From assembly GCA_049967655.1 (NCBI GenBank), contig JBMFSH010000007.1:44805-108804 (forward strand): 64,000 bases of DNA. Reading direction: 5' to 3'. Source of the DNA: Acidobacteriota bacterium (lineage in GTDB: Bacteria; Acidobacteriota; UBA4820; DSQY01). Positions 9,813 to 18,960 of this stretch are shown piece after piece (position 1 is the first letter of the stretch; each line of letters starts with the position of its first letter). Below the pieces are notes generated by a model, which saw only the letters and a program-made list of their open reading frames with translations, did no database searches and was not told the DNA's origin. A program made the translations under genes and the position numbers.

Positions 9813-10196
9813 ATGAAGCACCGAATGGGAGAGTGGGCCGCGGAATGTCCGGCGGCGATCACCGTGACCGATGCCGATGGGGTCATCGTGGAGATGAACG
9901 CCCGCTCGCTGGAATCCTTCGCGCGAGATGGAGGCGCAGCGCTACTCGGCACCCAGGTTCTGGACTGTCATCCCGAGCCTGTGCGCACCAAGGCCGCCCG
10001 GCTATACGAAGTGCGACAGCCCAACCACTACACCATCCAGAAGAACGGGCGCCGCAAGATCATCCATCAGTTGCCGTGGTACCGGAAGGGGGAGTTTGCC
10101 GGGTTCGTCGAAATCTCCATCCCCATTCCCGATGAACTTCCCCATTTCGACCGGGACTCCGAGGACGAGCGGGCGGCGGCTGCCGACAGAGAATAG
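9813..10196 (+). CDS. Stand-alone PAS-domain protein
   Basis: AITVTDADGVIVEMN...LLGTQVLDCHP PAS pattern; GGAGG RBS. Confidence 0.8.
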   Translation: MKHRMGEWAAECPAAITVTDADGVIVEMNARSLESFARDGGAALLGTQVLDCHPEPVRTKAARLYEVRQPNHYTIQKNGRRKIIHQLPWYRKGEFAGFVEISIPIPDELPHFDRDSEDERAAAADRE

Positions 10197-10296
10197 CAGC
10201 GCGAGCCGCGAGCGTTGACCAAGCGGCGGCCGGCACGGCGGTGCGAGGTAGGGCCCGCGGCGGGTCCAAGCCACGAGAGACGGGAGCGGAGGTGTC

Positions 10297-11742
10297 ATGG
10301 CGCGATACGACGCGGTCATCCTGGGGGCTGGCGCTGCGGGCTTGGCTGCGGCCAGGGGGCTGGGCAGGCTTGGTGCGCGGGTCGCCCTCGTGGAGAAGGA
10401 GGCCCTGGGCGGGGACTGCATCACGTGGGGATGCGTGCCCAGCAAGAGCTATCTGCACGTCGCTCGCATGCTCAACGAGGTGCGATCGGTCGGGCGAGTG
10501 GGGATCGACGCGGGTCCTGTCCGGTTCAACTTCGCGGCCGCGCGGCGCTATGTGGCGCAGGTCCAGGGCACGCTGACCCACCAGGATACGCAGGAATTTC
10601 TCCGCAGCCAGGGGGTTGAGGTGCTCTTCGGACAGCCGCGATTCCTGAGTGCGAAGCGGATCGAGGTGGAGGGACGGGAGTTGCCCACGCGCCACGTGGT
10701 GATCGCCACGGGGGCTCACTCCGTGGCCCCGCCCATCGAGGGGCTGGCGGAGACCGGATTTCTAGACAGCCGTTCGGCCCTTCAAATCGAAACCCTTCCT
10801 CGGTCCATGATCATCCTGGGAGGGGGACCCATCGGGACGGAATTCGCCCAGATGTTTCAGCGGATGGGGGTGTCCGTGACGGTGGTGGAATCCAACGCCT
10901 GCCTCTTGCCCCGCGAAGAGCCGGAGGCGGGACGGTTCCTTCTGGGCATCCTGGTGAAGGAGGGCGCCCGTTTTCTCGGAGAGCGCAGGGCCGTCCGTGC
11001 GATGAGGACCAAGGCCGGGAAGGCCCTCGTGCTCCAGGGAAAAGACGGTCGGGAGGAGACCGTCGAGGCGGAGGAGATTCTGGTGGCCACGGGCCGAGCC
11101 CCCAACGTGGAGGGCCTCGAACTGGAGAGGGCCGGGGTCGCCTTCGACCGGCACGGGATCACCGTGGACAACACCATGCAGACGACGCGGAGAGGGGTGT
11201 GGGCCATCGGCGACTGCAACGGCCTCTACCAGTTCACCCACATGGCCGAGCACGAGGCCGGAGTGTGCGTTAAGAACATCATCCGCAGCCGCCTTCTGCC
11301 CTTTCTTCTGGAGCGCATGCACTTCCGGGCCGTGGCGTGGGTCACCTTCACGGATCCCGAAGTGGCCCACTGCGGACTGACGGAGGCCGAGGCCAAGGAG
11401 CGGGGCATCAAGCACCTCGTCCTCCGCTATAATTTCGACCATCTGGACCGCGCCGTCATCGAAAACGAGCCGGGCGGCGTGGCCAAGGTGATCACGGACG
11501 GCCGGGGCCGGTTGCTGGGGGCCCACATGGTGGGGGCCCACGCGGGGGATCTGCTTCAGGAGCTCGTGCTGGGGGTGCGGATGGGGCTCAAGGTCATGGA
11601 CATCTCGCAGACCGTGCACCCCTATCCCGCCTTCGTACAGATGGCGAGGCGCGCCGCCAACGTCTATTACATCCAGACCATCTATGAAAATCCACGACGG
11701 GTTGCTCTGCTTCGCTGGTTGGGCGGCTTCGGGAGAACCTGA
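10297..11742 (+). CDS. Class-I pyridine nucleotide-disulfide oxidoreductase (LpdA/MerA-like)
   Basis: GAGAAG, GGDCITWGCVPSK redox disulfide, GGGPIG, ATGRAPN, FTDPEVA, HPYP. Confidence 0.9.
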   Translation: MARYDAVILGAGAAGLAAARGLGRLGARVALVEKEALGGDCITWGCVPSKSYLHVARMLNEVRSVGRVGIDAGPVRFNFAAARRYVAQVQGTLTHQDTQEFLRSQGVEVLFGQPRFLSAKRIEVEGRELPTRHVVIATGAHSVAPPIEGLAETGFLDSRSALQIETLPRSMIILGGGPIGTEFAQMFQRMGVSVTVVESNACLLPREEPEAGRFLLGILVKEGARFLGERRAVRAMRTKAGKALVLQGKDGREETVEAEEILVATGRAPNVEGLELERAGVAFDRHGITVDNTMQTTRRGVWAIGDCNGLYQFTHMAEHEAGVCVKNIIRSRLLPFLLERMHFRAVAWVTFTDPEVAHCGLTEAEAKERGIKHLVLRYNFDHLDRAVIENEPGGVAKVITDGRGRLLGAHMVGAHAGDLLQELVLGVRMGLKVMDISQTVHPYPAFVQMARRAANVYYIQTIYENPRRVALLRWLGGFGRT

Positions 11743-12423
11743 ATTCTCGATCGGCTGCCGAAGCCGGTGGTGGCCGGCCGCCCATGCCCCGGGAGCGGTC
11801 TAATCTACCGTAGCTTTCGAGGGCGGCGCGGCTCCTCTCGGCAAAAAGGTCCTTTCACACCGCCCGCGGAAAGATCCCGAATGGCTCCCGAAACCCCCGA
11901 AGGGAGGCGGGCCATAGTATCCATCGTCAGCCTTGGAAGGGAAGCTTTGGCCCTGGGAGCGCACCCGGGCGGATGATAAAATCTGTTGGTGGTTGTCGCT
12001 TGATAATTGTTGAAGAAGAATGATATTAGCGAAACAATGACTGAGAAAGTTACTTGAGTCTTTGGCCCTCGCGGCCGCCAACCTCGCATGCTTTTTCTGC
12101 GTGCCGTGCCCCGGTTGAAGACCATGCCGGCTCGCGACGCTCTGCGTCCGGCGAAATCCTCACGAATGGTGCTAGCCATTTTCCGGCGCGCCGCGGGAGG
12201 AACCGCGGCGGTACCCCCGCGCGCCGCGCCGAGACTTGAGATTTCTGGAGCGGGAGGGGGCGGCACCATGAGGTGGGAAAGGAGGCGATTCTGGGAGCTC
12301 GGCAAAATCTCAAGCGAAAGAGCTGGTCGGGACGGCAAAGGGTGGTGGCGGCCATGGCCGAACATCAAGCGGGAGGAGCTGGCGCCCCTCCCCTCTCGTG
12401 ACTTTACCCGATGCGCAGCGGCG

Positions 12424-12630
12424 TCACTCGTGCAGCAGCTGCACCTGATCGGCCTGGGGGCCCTTGCTGCCCTCCTTGACCTCGAAGGTGACTCGGTCCC
12501 CTTCGGTCAGTTTCCGGAACCCGTTGCCGATGATCCCGCTGTAGTGGACGAAGACGTCCTGGCCCTCGTCCATGGTGATGAAGCCGTAGCCCTTCTTCTC
12601 GTCGAACCACTTCACCGTACCCTTGGCCAT
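12424..12630 (-). CDS. Cold-shock protein (CspA family)
   Basis: KGTVKWF, KGYGFI, DVFVHYS; AGGAG RBS. Confidence 0.95.
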   Translation of the reverse strand: MAKGTVKWFDEKKGYGFITMDEGQDVFVHYSGIIGNGFRKLTEGDRVTFEVKEGSKGPQADQVQLLHE

Positions 12631-12681
12631 GACCACTCCTTACAAAGCACTCCCTTCGGCGAACCGGTCACCGGAGACGAA

Positions 12682-12711
12682 AAAATAGCACCGCCGTTTT
12701 TCGGGAGTCAA
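12682..12711 (-). promoter_or_regulatory. sigma70 promoter of the csp gene
   Basis: TTGACT-N18-TATTTT with a TG extension on the minus strand. Confidence 0.5.
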
Positions 12712-12761
12712 GCAGCTCGGAAGAGGGGCTGAAACGGCACTGCTCCTTGGCCTGGGCCGCG

Positions 12762-12790
12762 TTGACAGGGCATCACTGCCGGGCTACACT
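12762..12790 (+). promoter_or_regulatory. sigma70 promoter of the pyr operon
   Basis: TTGACA-N17-TACACT. Confidence 0.75.
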
Positions 12791-12923
12791 GCCCGCGCTT
12801 GGGGCGTGGTCACGGGGTTGCTCCCTCACGGCCAGAGAGATTTGAGGCGGATATGGGGTCCAGCGGGAAGGCTCCGGTCTCCTTGAGTCCCGCCTCCGTC
12901 GCCCTGCTTTTCGAGGAGTGCTG

Positions 12924-13496
12924 ATGAAGCGCAAGACTCTGTTCGATGCGGCGGGAATCCAGCGTTCTCTCGGGCGCCTCGCGCTGGAGATCACGGAGCG
13001 GCTTCAGGGCTGCGAGGGGGTGGTGCTGATCGGGATTCACCGGCGGGGTGTTCCGCTGGCGCAGCGCATCGCCCGGCTGATCGAGAAGGCTGAAAAGACG
13101 AAGGTGCCCGTGGGAAGCCTGGACATCAACCTCTATCGGGATGATTTTTCGACGGTGGGAGCGGCGCCCGTTCTCCGGGGAACCCAGGTGGACTTCGACA
13201 TCGGCGCCAAGACGGTGGTCCTGGTGGACGACGTACTCTTCACGGGCAGGACCGTGCGGGCGGCGCTGGACGCCCTCGTGGACCTCGGCCGGCCGGCGCG
13301 GGTCCAGCTCGCCGTGCTGGTGGACCGCGGACATCGGGAATTGCCCATCCAGGCCGACTACGTCGGTCTCTCTCTGAACACGCGCAGAGAGGACCACGTG
13401 GAGCTGCTCCTGAAGGAGACGGACGGGGAGGACGCCCTCATCTTAGAAAGCGCGGCATCGGCCGAGCGAGCGGGTACGGAGGGGAAGCGCCCATGA
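12924..13496 (+). CDS. pyrR: Pyrimidine operon regulator/uracil phosphoribosyltransferase
   Basis: [37 protein letters not shown]. Confidence 0.95.
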   Translation: MKRKTLFDAAGIQRSLGRLALEITERLQGCEGVVLIGIHRRGVPLAQRIARLIEKAEKTKVPVGSLDINLYRDDFSTVGAAPVLRGTQVDFDIGAKTVVLVDDVLFTGRTVRAALDALVDLGRPARVQLAVLVDRGHRELPIQADYVGLSLNTRREDHVELLLKETDGEDALILESAASAERAGTEGKRP

Positions 13497-14431
13497 GCTT
13501 CGCGCACAAGCACCTGATGGGCATCGAGGAGCTCTCGGCCGAGGATATCGCCCTCATTCTCGACACGGCGGAGAAGATGTCGGAGGTGTCGAGGAGGCCC
13601 CTGAAGAAGGTCCCGGCTCTGCGGGGCAAGCTCGTGGTCAACCTCTTCTTTGAGAACTCCACGCGCACCCGCTCCTCCTTCGAGATCGCCGAGAAGCGCC
13701 TCTCGGCGGATACCCTGAATTTCTCGGCCAGCACCTCTTCCCTCCAGAAGGGCGAGACGCTGGTGGATACGGTCCTCAACCTGGAGCGCATGCAGCCCGA
13801 CTGCTACGTGATCCGCCACGCGAGCCCCGGCACCTGCCAGCTCATCCATCCCTTCACCAGGGCGGCCCTGGTCAACGCGGGCGACGGTACCCACGAGCAC
13901 CCCACGCAGGCTCTACTGGACGCCATGACGATCCGGCAGAAGAAGGGCGATTTCAAGGGACTGGAGGTCCTCATCTGCGGCGACATCAGCCACTCCAGGG
14001 TGGTACGTTCCAACATCTTCCTCCTCGGCAAGATGGGGGCCAAGGTGACGGTCTGCGGGCCGGCCACCTTCATGCCGCCGTACCTGGAGAGCCTGGGGGT
14101 TACGGCCACTACGGACTTCGAACGCGCGCTCAGGGGCAAGGACGTGGTTATGATGCTCCGAATCCAGATGGAGCGGCAGACCAAGGGGCTCTTCCCCTCC
14201 CTGCTGGAGTACTACAAGACCTTCGGGCTTACCGAGGCGCGCCTGAGGCTGGCCGACAAACAGGTGATCGTCATGCACCCAGGCCCCATCAATCGGGGCG
14301 TCGAAATGGCCTCCGAGGTGGCGGACGGTCCCTACTCGGTGATCCTGGACCAGGTGGAGAACGGAGTGGCCGTGCGCATGGCCGCCCTCTACCTTCTTCT
14401 GGGCGGGAGCGAAGATGAAGCGACTCATTAA
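13493..14431 (+). CDS. pyrB: Aspartate carbamoyltransferase catalytic subunit
   Basis: [29 protein letters not shown]. Confidence 0.97.
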   Translation: MSFAHKHLMGIEELSAEDIALILDTAEKMSEVSRRPLKKVPALRGKLVVNLFFENSTRTRSSFEIAEKRLSADTLNFSASTSSLQKGETLVDTVLNLERMQPDCYVIRHASPGTCQLIHPFTRAALVNAGDGTHEHPTQALLDAMTIRQKKGDFKGLEVLICGDISHSRVVRSNIFLLGKMGAKVTVCGPATFMPPYLESLGVTATTDFERALRGKDVVMMLRIQMERQTKGLFPSLLEYYKTFGLTEARLRLADKQVIVMHPGPINRGVEMASEVADGPYSVILDQVENGVAVRMAALYLLLGGSEDEATH

Positions 14432-15701
14432 GAACGGACGCGTGGTCGACCCGCAGTCGGGCACCGACGACACGCTGGACATCCTGCTCGATGGGGCCCG
14501 AATCGCGCGCGTGGAAAAAAGGATACCGGAAAAGGGAGCGGAGGTCTTCGATGCCACGGGCATGGTGGTGGCCCCCGGATTCATCGATATGCACGTCCAC
14601 CTCCGGGAGCCCGGATTCGAGCGCAAGGAGACCATCGCGACCGGCCTCGCGGCGGCCCTGGCGGGTGGATTCTCGGGTGTGTGCTGCATGCCCAACACGT
14701 ATCCCGTGAACGACAACGCCTCGGTGACGCAGTACATCCTCGACAGGGCCCGATCGTGCAGCCCGGTCCGTGTCTATCCCATCGGGGCGATCACCAAGGG
14801 CTCGAAAGGCGAGGAGCTGGCCCCGTTCGCCGAGATGAGGGAGGCGGGCGTTCGGGCCGTGTCCGATGACGGCCATCCCGTGGCCAGCTCCGCCGTCATG
14901 CGCCGCGCCCTGGAATACGCCGGCTCCCTGGGCATGTTGGTCATCGACCACTGCGAGGACCTGGCGCTGGTGGGCGACGGCGTCATGAACGAGGGCCCCG
15001 TTTCCGTTCGCCTGGGGCTCCACGGTATACCCGCCGAGGCCGAATCCATACCCGCGCGAAGGGACATCGCCCTTGCGCGCCTGACGGGCCAAAGGGTCCA
15101 CATCGCCCACGTCTCCACCAGGCTCACCGTGGAGGCCATCCGCGCAGCCAAGAAGAAGCGGGTGCCGGTGACGGCGGAGGCCACCCCCCACCACTTCTCC
15201 CTCACCGAAGAGGCGGTGCTCGGCTTCGACACGAACGCCAAGATGAACCCGCCTCTCCGTGGGCAGGATGACGTGGACGCGGTCATCGAGGGGCTGGCCG
15301 ACGGGACCATCGACGCCATCGTCACGGACCACGCCCCGCACGCCTATGAAGAGAAGATGGTGGAGTTCGACCGTGCTCCCAATGGCATCATCGGTCTCCA
15401 GACCGCCGTGCCGCTGGCCCTGGACCGGCTGGTGCGCACCGACCGCATCTCCCTCAAGCGCATGGTGGATGCCTTCTCCTCGGCGCCCGCCCGGCTCCTC
15501 GGGCTGGAGGGCAAGGGCAGGATCCAGGAGGGGGCCGACGCCGACCTCACGATCTTCTCCCTCCGCAAGGAGACCTGTCTCGCTCCGGGCGACATCAAGT
15601 CGCTGAGCAAGAACAGCCCCTTCCTGGGCGTGAAGCTGAAGGGAGCCGTGATGGCCGTGATCATCGCGGGGGAGCTCTACCCCGCGGCGAAAAGGGGCTG
15701 A
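14415..15701 (+). CDS. pyrC: Dihydroorotase (type I)
   Basis: [27 protein letters not shown]. Confidence 0.95.
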   Translation: MKRLIKNGRVVDPQSGTDDTLDILLDGARIARVEKRIPEKGAEVFDATGMVVAPGFIDMHVHLREPGFERKETIATGLAAALAGGFSGVCCMPNTYPVNDNASVTQYILDRARSCSPVRVYPIGAITKGSKGEELAPFAEMREAGVRAVSDDGHPVASSAVMRRALEYAGSLGMLVIDHCEDLALVGDGVMNEGPVSVRLGLHGIPAEAESIPARRDIALARLTGQRVHIAHVSTRLTVEAIRAAKKKRVPVTAEATPHHFSLTEEAVLGFDTNAKMNPPLRGQDDVDAVIEGLADGTIDAIVTDHAPHAYEEKMVEFDRAPNGIIGLQTAVPLALDRLVRTDRISLKRMVDAFSSAPARLLGLEGKGRIQEGADADLTIFSLRKETCLAPGDIKSLSKNSPFLGVKLKGAVMAVIIAGELYPAAKRG

Positions 15702-15728
15702 GGCGGGAGGCCGGGAAGCTCCCCGGCC

Positions 15729-17087
15729 ATGGCCATGAAGAGCGCTACCGTTTTCGTCTGCCAGGCCTGCGGAACGCAGAGCCCCAAGTGGCTGGGGCGT
15801 TGCCCCGGGTGCGGCGAGTGGAACAGCCTGGTGGAGGAAGCGGGCGCGGAGCCCGCGCGCTCCGCCGGGGGCAAGCCCCCTTCGCAGGCCGTTCCCCTCG
15901 CGGAGGTGCGCCCGGAGGAGGGCCGCAGGCTCGGCACGGGCTCCCGGGATCTGGATCGGGTGGTGGGCGGCGGGCTCTTCCCTGGCGGCGTGGTGCTCCT
16001 GGCCGGCGATCCCGGCGTGGGCAAGTCCACCCTCCTCCTCCAGATCTTCGGCGAACTGGCGAAAGAGCGGGCCGTCCTGTACGCCAGCGGTGAGGAGTCG
16101 CTGGCCCAGGTGGCCGGGCGGGCCCACCGCCTCGGTATTTCTGGCGAGCGGCTCCACCTGATGGCGGAGACCTCCGTCGAGGCCGTCCTCGCCGAGGTGG
16201 AGCGACTGGCGCCGGCGGTCCTGGCGGTAGATTCCATCCAGACCAGCTCGGTCGGGAGCCTGTCGGGAGGCGCCGGCTCCCTGGCCCAGGTTCGGGAGAG
16301 CTCGGCTCGGTTCATCGACGCGGCCAAACGACGCGCCATGCCCGCCCTCCTCGTCGGGCACATCACCAAGGAGGGCATGATCGCCGGACCCAAGGCCCTG
16401 GAGCACATGGTGGACACGGTGCTCTACCTGGAGGGGGAGCGGTACAGGCACCTGCGCGCGCTACGGGCCCACAAGAACCGCTACGGAGCCACCTCCGAGA
16501 TGGCGCTCATGGAAATGACCACGGAGGGGCTGAAGGCCGTGGAGAATCCCTCGGAGGCGCTGCTGGCGGACCGCCCCGTGGGCGTTCCGGGCTCCGTCAT
16601 CGGCGTCTCCCTCCAGGGCACCCGGCCGCTCCTCTTCGAGATCCAGGCGCTCACCTCGCCCTCCGCCTTCGGCCTGGCCAAGAGGATGAGCCTGGGGCTG
16701 GATCGCAACCGCGTCCAGCTCCTCTCGGCGGTCCTCGAACGCTCCATGCGCATCACCCTGGGAGACCGGGATCTCTTCGTCAACGTGGTGGGAGGCGTGG
16801 AGGTGGAGGAGCCTGCGCTGGACCTGCCGCTCTGTCTCGCGGTCGCTTCGGCCTACCGCGGCGTGGCCCTGCCTTCAGACCTGGCCGCCTTTGGAGAGGT
16901 GGGACTGGCGGGGGAGGTGAGGGGTGTCGGCTCCCCCCAGCCCCGGATCGCCGAAGCGGCCGCCCTCGGCTTCCGGCGCTGCGTCTTGCCGGCTTCCGAC
17001 GCCAGGCGCCTGGAGCCCGCATCCGGGCAAATGGCCCTTACGCCGGTGGCCACCCTATCGGAGGCCATCGAGTACCTCTTTGCGTAA
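15729..17087 (+). CDS. radA: DNA repair protein RadA/Sms
   Basis: C4 zinc finger, GDPGVGKST, KNRYG, Lon-like C-terminal GEVGLAGEVR. Confidence 0.96.
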   Translation: MAMKSATVFVCQACGTQSPKWLGRCPGCGEWNSLVEEAGAEPARSAGGKPPSQAVPLAEVRPEEGRRLGTGSRDLDRVVGGGLFPGGVVLLAGDPGVGKSTLLLQIFGELAKERAVLYASGEESLAQVAGRAHRLGISGERLHLMAETSVEAVLAEVERLAPAVLAVDSIQTSSVGSLSGGAGSLAQVRESSARFIDAAKRRAMPALLVGHITKEGMIAGPKALEHMVDTVLYLEGERYRHLRALRAHKNRYGATSEMALMEMTTEGLKAVENPSEALLADRPVGVPGSVIGVSLQGTRPLLFEIQALTSPSAFGLAKRMSLGLDRNRVQLLSAVLERSMRITLGDRDLFVNVVGGVEVEEPALDLPLCLAVASAYRGVALPSDLAAFGEVGLAGEVRGVGSPQPRIAEAAALGFRRCVLPASDARRLEPASGQMALTPVATLSEAIEYLFA

Positions 17088-17167
17088 TTTCTTGAGTGGG
17101 AACGGTCATGGGTGGGGGGAAGCGCCGGAGGGGGCGACCAGTCCCCCTCCGGTAGCCTGCGTGGCGG

Positions 17168-17698
17168 TTACTTGGCGGGCGTGGATGGAGCCTGGTGAGA
17201 GGGTTCCATGGGAGGTTGCGTCTCCCCCACGGAGGGATGGCCGGGCGGCAGTCCTGCTCCGGAGTTCATGTCTCCGGCGTGGCCCTCTCCTCCCTTGGGC
17301 CGAGAGGCGGTGACGGTCCACGTCCCATTTTGGCGCACGAGGTCGTAGAGGTAGACCATGGGGGGTATCTGGCCCTCCTTGAGGCCGTAGGACACCGTGC
17401 AGGTGGCCTTGTCGCCCTCCGTCTTGATGTCGCTGACCGTCACCGTCATCTTATCGGTATTCACGTGGCGCACGCTCTGAACGTAGGTCATGACGGCCTT
17501 CTGCATCTCAGCTTCGAGGGGAGATGCGGCGGGTTGTGCCGCCGCTGATGCCTGTTCCTGGACGGAGGGCGCGGCCTGTGGTGCGGGCTTCTTCTCTGCG
17601 GCACTCCCGGCGGGAGCGGGCGCCTTCTGGCAGGACGCCGCGATGACCAGAACCAGGGGAAGGGTGAGGGTGACGGTTCGAACCACACTGCTCTTCAT
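17168..17698 (-). CDS. Hypothetical lipoprotein
   Basis: Signal ending IAAS-C, Pro/Ala linker, small alpha/beta domain, LPPGHP motif; GGAG RBS. Confidence 0.7.
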   Translation of the reverse strand: MKSSVVRTVTLTLPLVLVIAASCQKAPAPAGSAAEKKPAPQAAPSVQEQASAAAQPAASPLEAEMQKAVMTYVQSVRHVNTDKMTVTVSDIKTEGDKATCTVSYGLKEGQIPPMVYLYDLVRQNGTWTVTASRPKGGEGHAGDMNSGAGLPPGHPSVGETQPPMEPSHQAPSTPAK

Positions 17699-17895
17699 CG
17701 GCTAGCTCTCCATGGGAAAAAGACTCTGGTCTGGAACACCTGCAACCTTCGCGCGGCCCAGGCACGCCGACGGCCAAAGCCACGGGGTTGGGCACGGCAA
17801 CGTCCGTGCTCGTTTCCCGGCGCAGTGTAGCGCAAAGCCTGTCCGGGCTCCAAGGTGACGACAGGTGACCCGCGGCAAGAAATCGGAGGGAGAGG

Positions 17896-17924
17896 TGAAA
17901 CCTTGGCGGCCGCTCTCCCGTTTA
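17896..17924 (+). promoter_or_regulatory. Putative ECF sigma promoter
   Basis: TGAAAC-N17-CGTTTA. Confidence 0.5.
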
Positions 17925-17955
17925 ATAAGGTTGAGGTGAAGGTGGAGGTGCTCCC

Positions 17956-18783
17956 ATGAAACGGATGGCGGTTGGGATGGCGGTGCTCTCGGCCATGTTG
18001 GTCCTGGCGGGGTGCGCCCGGCAGATCCTGGGCTCCTCCGCGGAGGAGCGCGTGGAGAGGACTGTCCCCATGCCGGCCGGGGGAACCTTCGCCCTCGACA
18101 ACATCAACGGCTCCATCACCCTCACCGTGGGAAAGCCCGGAGAGGTGCGCATCGTGGCCATCAAACGCGTCCAGGCCTTCAGCCAGGAGAAGGCGAAGGA
18201 GGGGCTGGCCAAGCTGGAGGTGGGGGTCACGGACACCGGCAAGGGGGTCAGGGTGGAGACGCGCTATCCCAAGAGCGCCGGTTTCCTGGCGGGGATGGGC
18301 TTCAGCGGGACGGTGACCTTTGACGTGGCCGTCCCCGAGGGAACCCCAGCCAAGCTCGCCACGGTCAACGGCACCATTACGGCGGACGTCCCGGCCTCGG
18401 CCATCAGTTGCGAAACCACCAACGGCAAGGTCGACGCGCTTACCTGTGGGCGCATCGACGCGGCCGTCGTGAACGGGACCATCCGCTTCAAGGCCCAGAA
18501 CGCCGGAGAGGTGACGACCACCAACGGGAGCATCGAGGGCCAGATCCTCTCGCACGCCCCCGAAAAGGCGCACCTGGAGACGGTCAACGGAAGCATCGCT
18601 CTCGCCCTCTACCCCGATGCGGCCCTGCACCTTTCCGCCGAGAACGTCAACGGCGGCGTTTCGACGGAGATCAAAGGGCTCAGCGAGTCCAAGCACGAAC
18701 TCTTCGGCGATCTCAACGGCGGCGGCCATACGGTGAGCGTGGAGACCGTCAACGGCTCCATCCACCTCCGGCCCATCCGCTGA
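17956..18783 (+). CDS. DUF4097 / beta-strand-repeat lipoprotein
   Basis: LAGC lipobox; repeated TVNGSI/TTNG motifs. Confidence 0.85.
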   Translation: MKRMAVGMAVLSAMLVLAGCARQILGSSAEERVERTVPMPAGGTFALDNINGSITLTVGKPGEVRIVAIKRVQAFSQEKAKEGLAKLEVGVTDTGKGVRVETRYPKSAGFLAGMGFSGTVTFDVAVPEGTPAKLATVNGTITADVPASAISCETTNGKVDALTCGRIDAAVVNGTIRFKAQNAGEVTTTNGSIEGQILSHAPEKAHLETVNGSIALALYPDAALHLSAENVNGGVSTEIKGLSESKHELFGDLNGGGHTVSVETVNGSIHLRPIR

Positions 18784-18960
18784 CCCCCTGTTCGCCTTCA
18801 CCACCCCAAATTCCTCGGCTTGCCCCGCCTGCTTTCCATGTTCTTTCCCTCGTCCCATCGCGGGATGGGGGTCTCCGTGGTGGTCTCCGTGGGTCTCCGT
18901 GGGTCTTGGCAGGGCCGCATCTTCATGATAGAAGGAAAGTTTCGGAGGATGTGCGAGTCC

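Noticed and set aside
11974..12063. AT-rich patch as dif or a confirmed oriC
   Set aside because: No XerC/XerD consensus and no clear DnaA boxes; kept only as an open question
14289..16451. 720-aa minus-strand ORF (likewise 19198-21207, 21860-23806, 27196-29139)
   Set aside because: Antisense shadows of pyrC/radA, uvrA, tnaA and the atp genes
17780..17880. CGCAAAGCC-containing stretch as a c-di-GMP-I riboswitch
   Set aside because: Lacks the GGCAAAC...GAAA P2 element and the matching tetraloop receptor
18820..18960. N-terminal extension of UvrA in the ORF track
   Set aside because: UvrA homology starts at MELIRIKG (18961)
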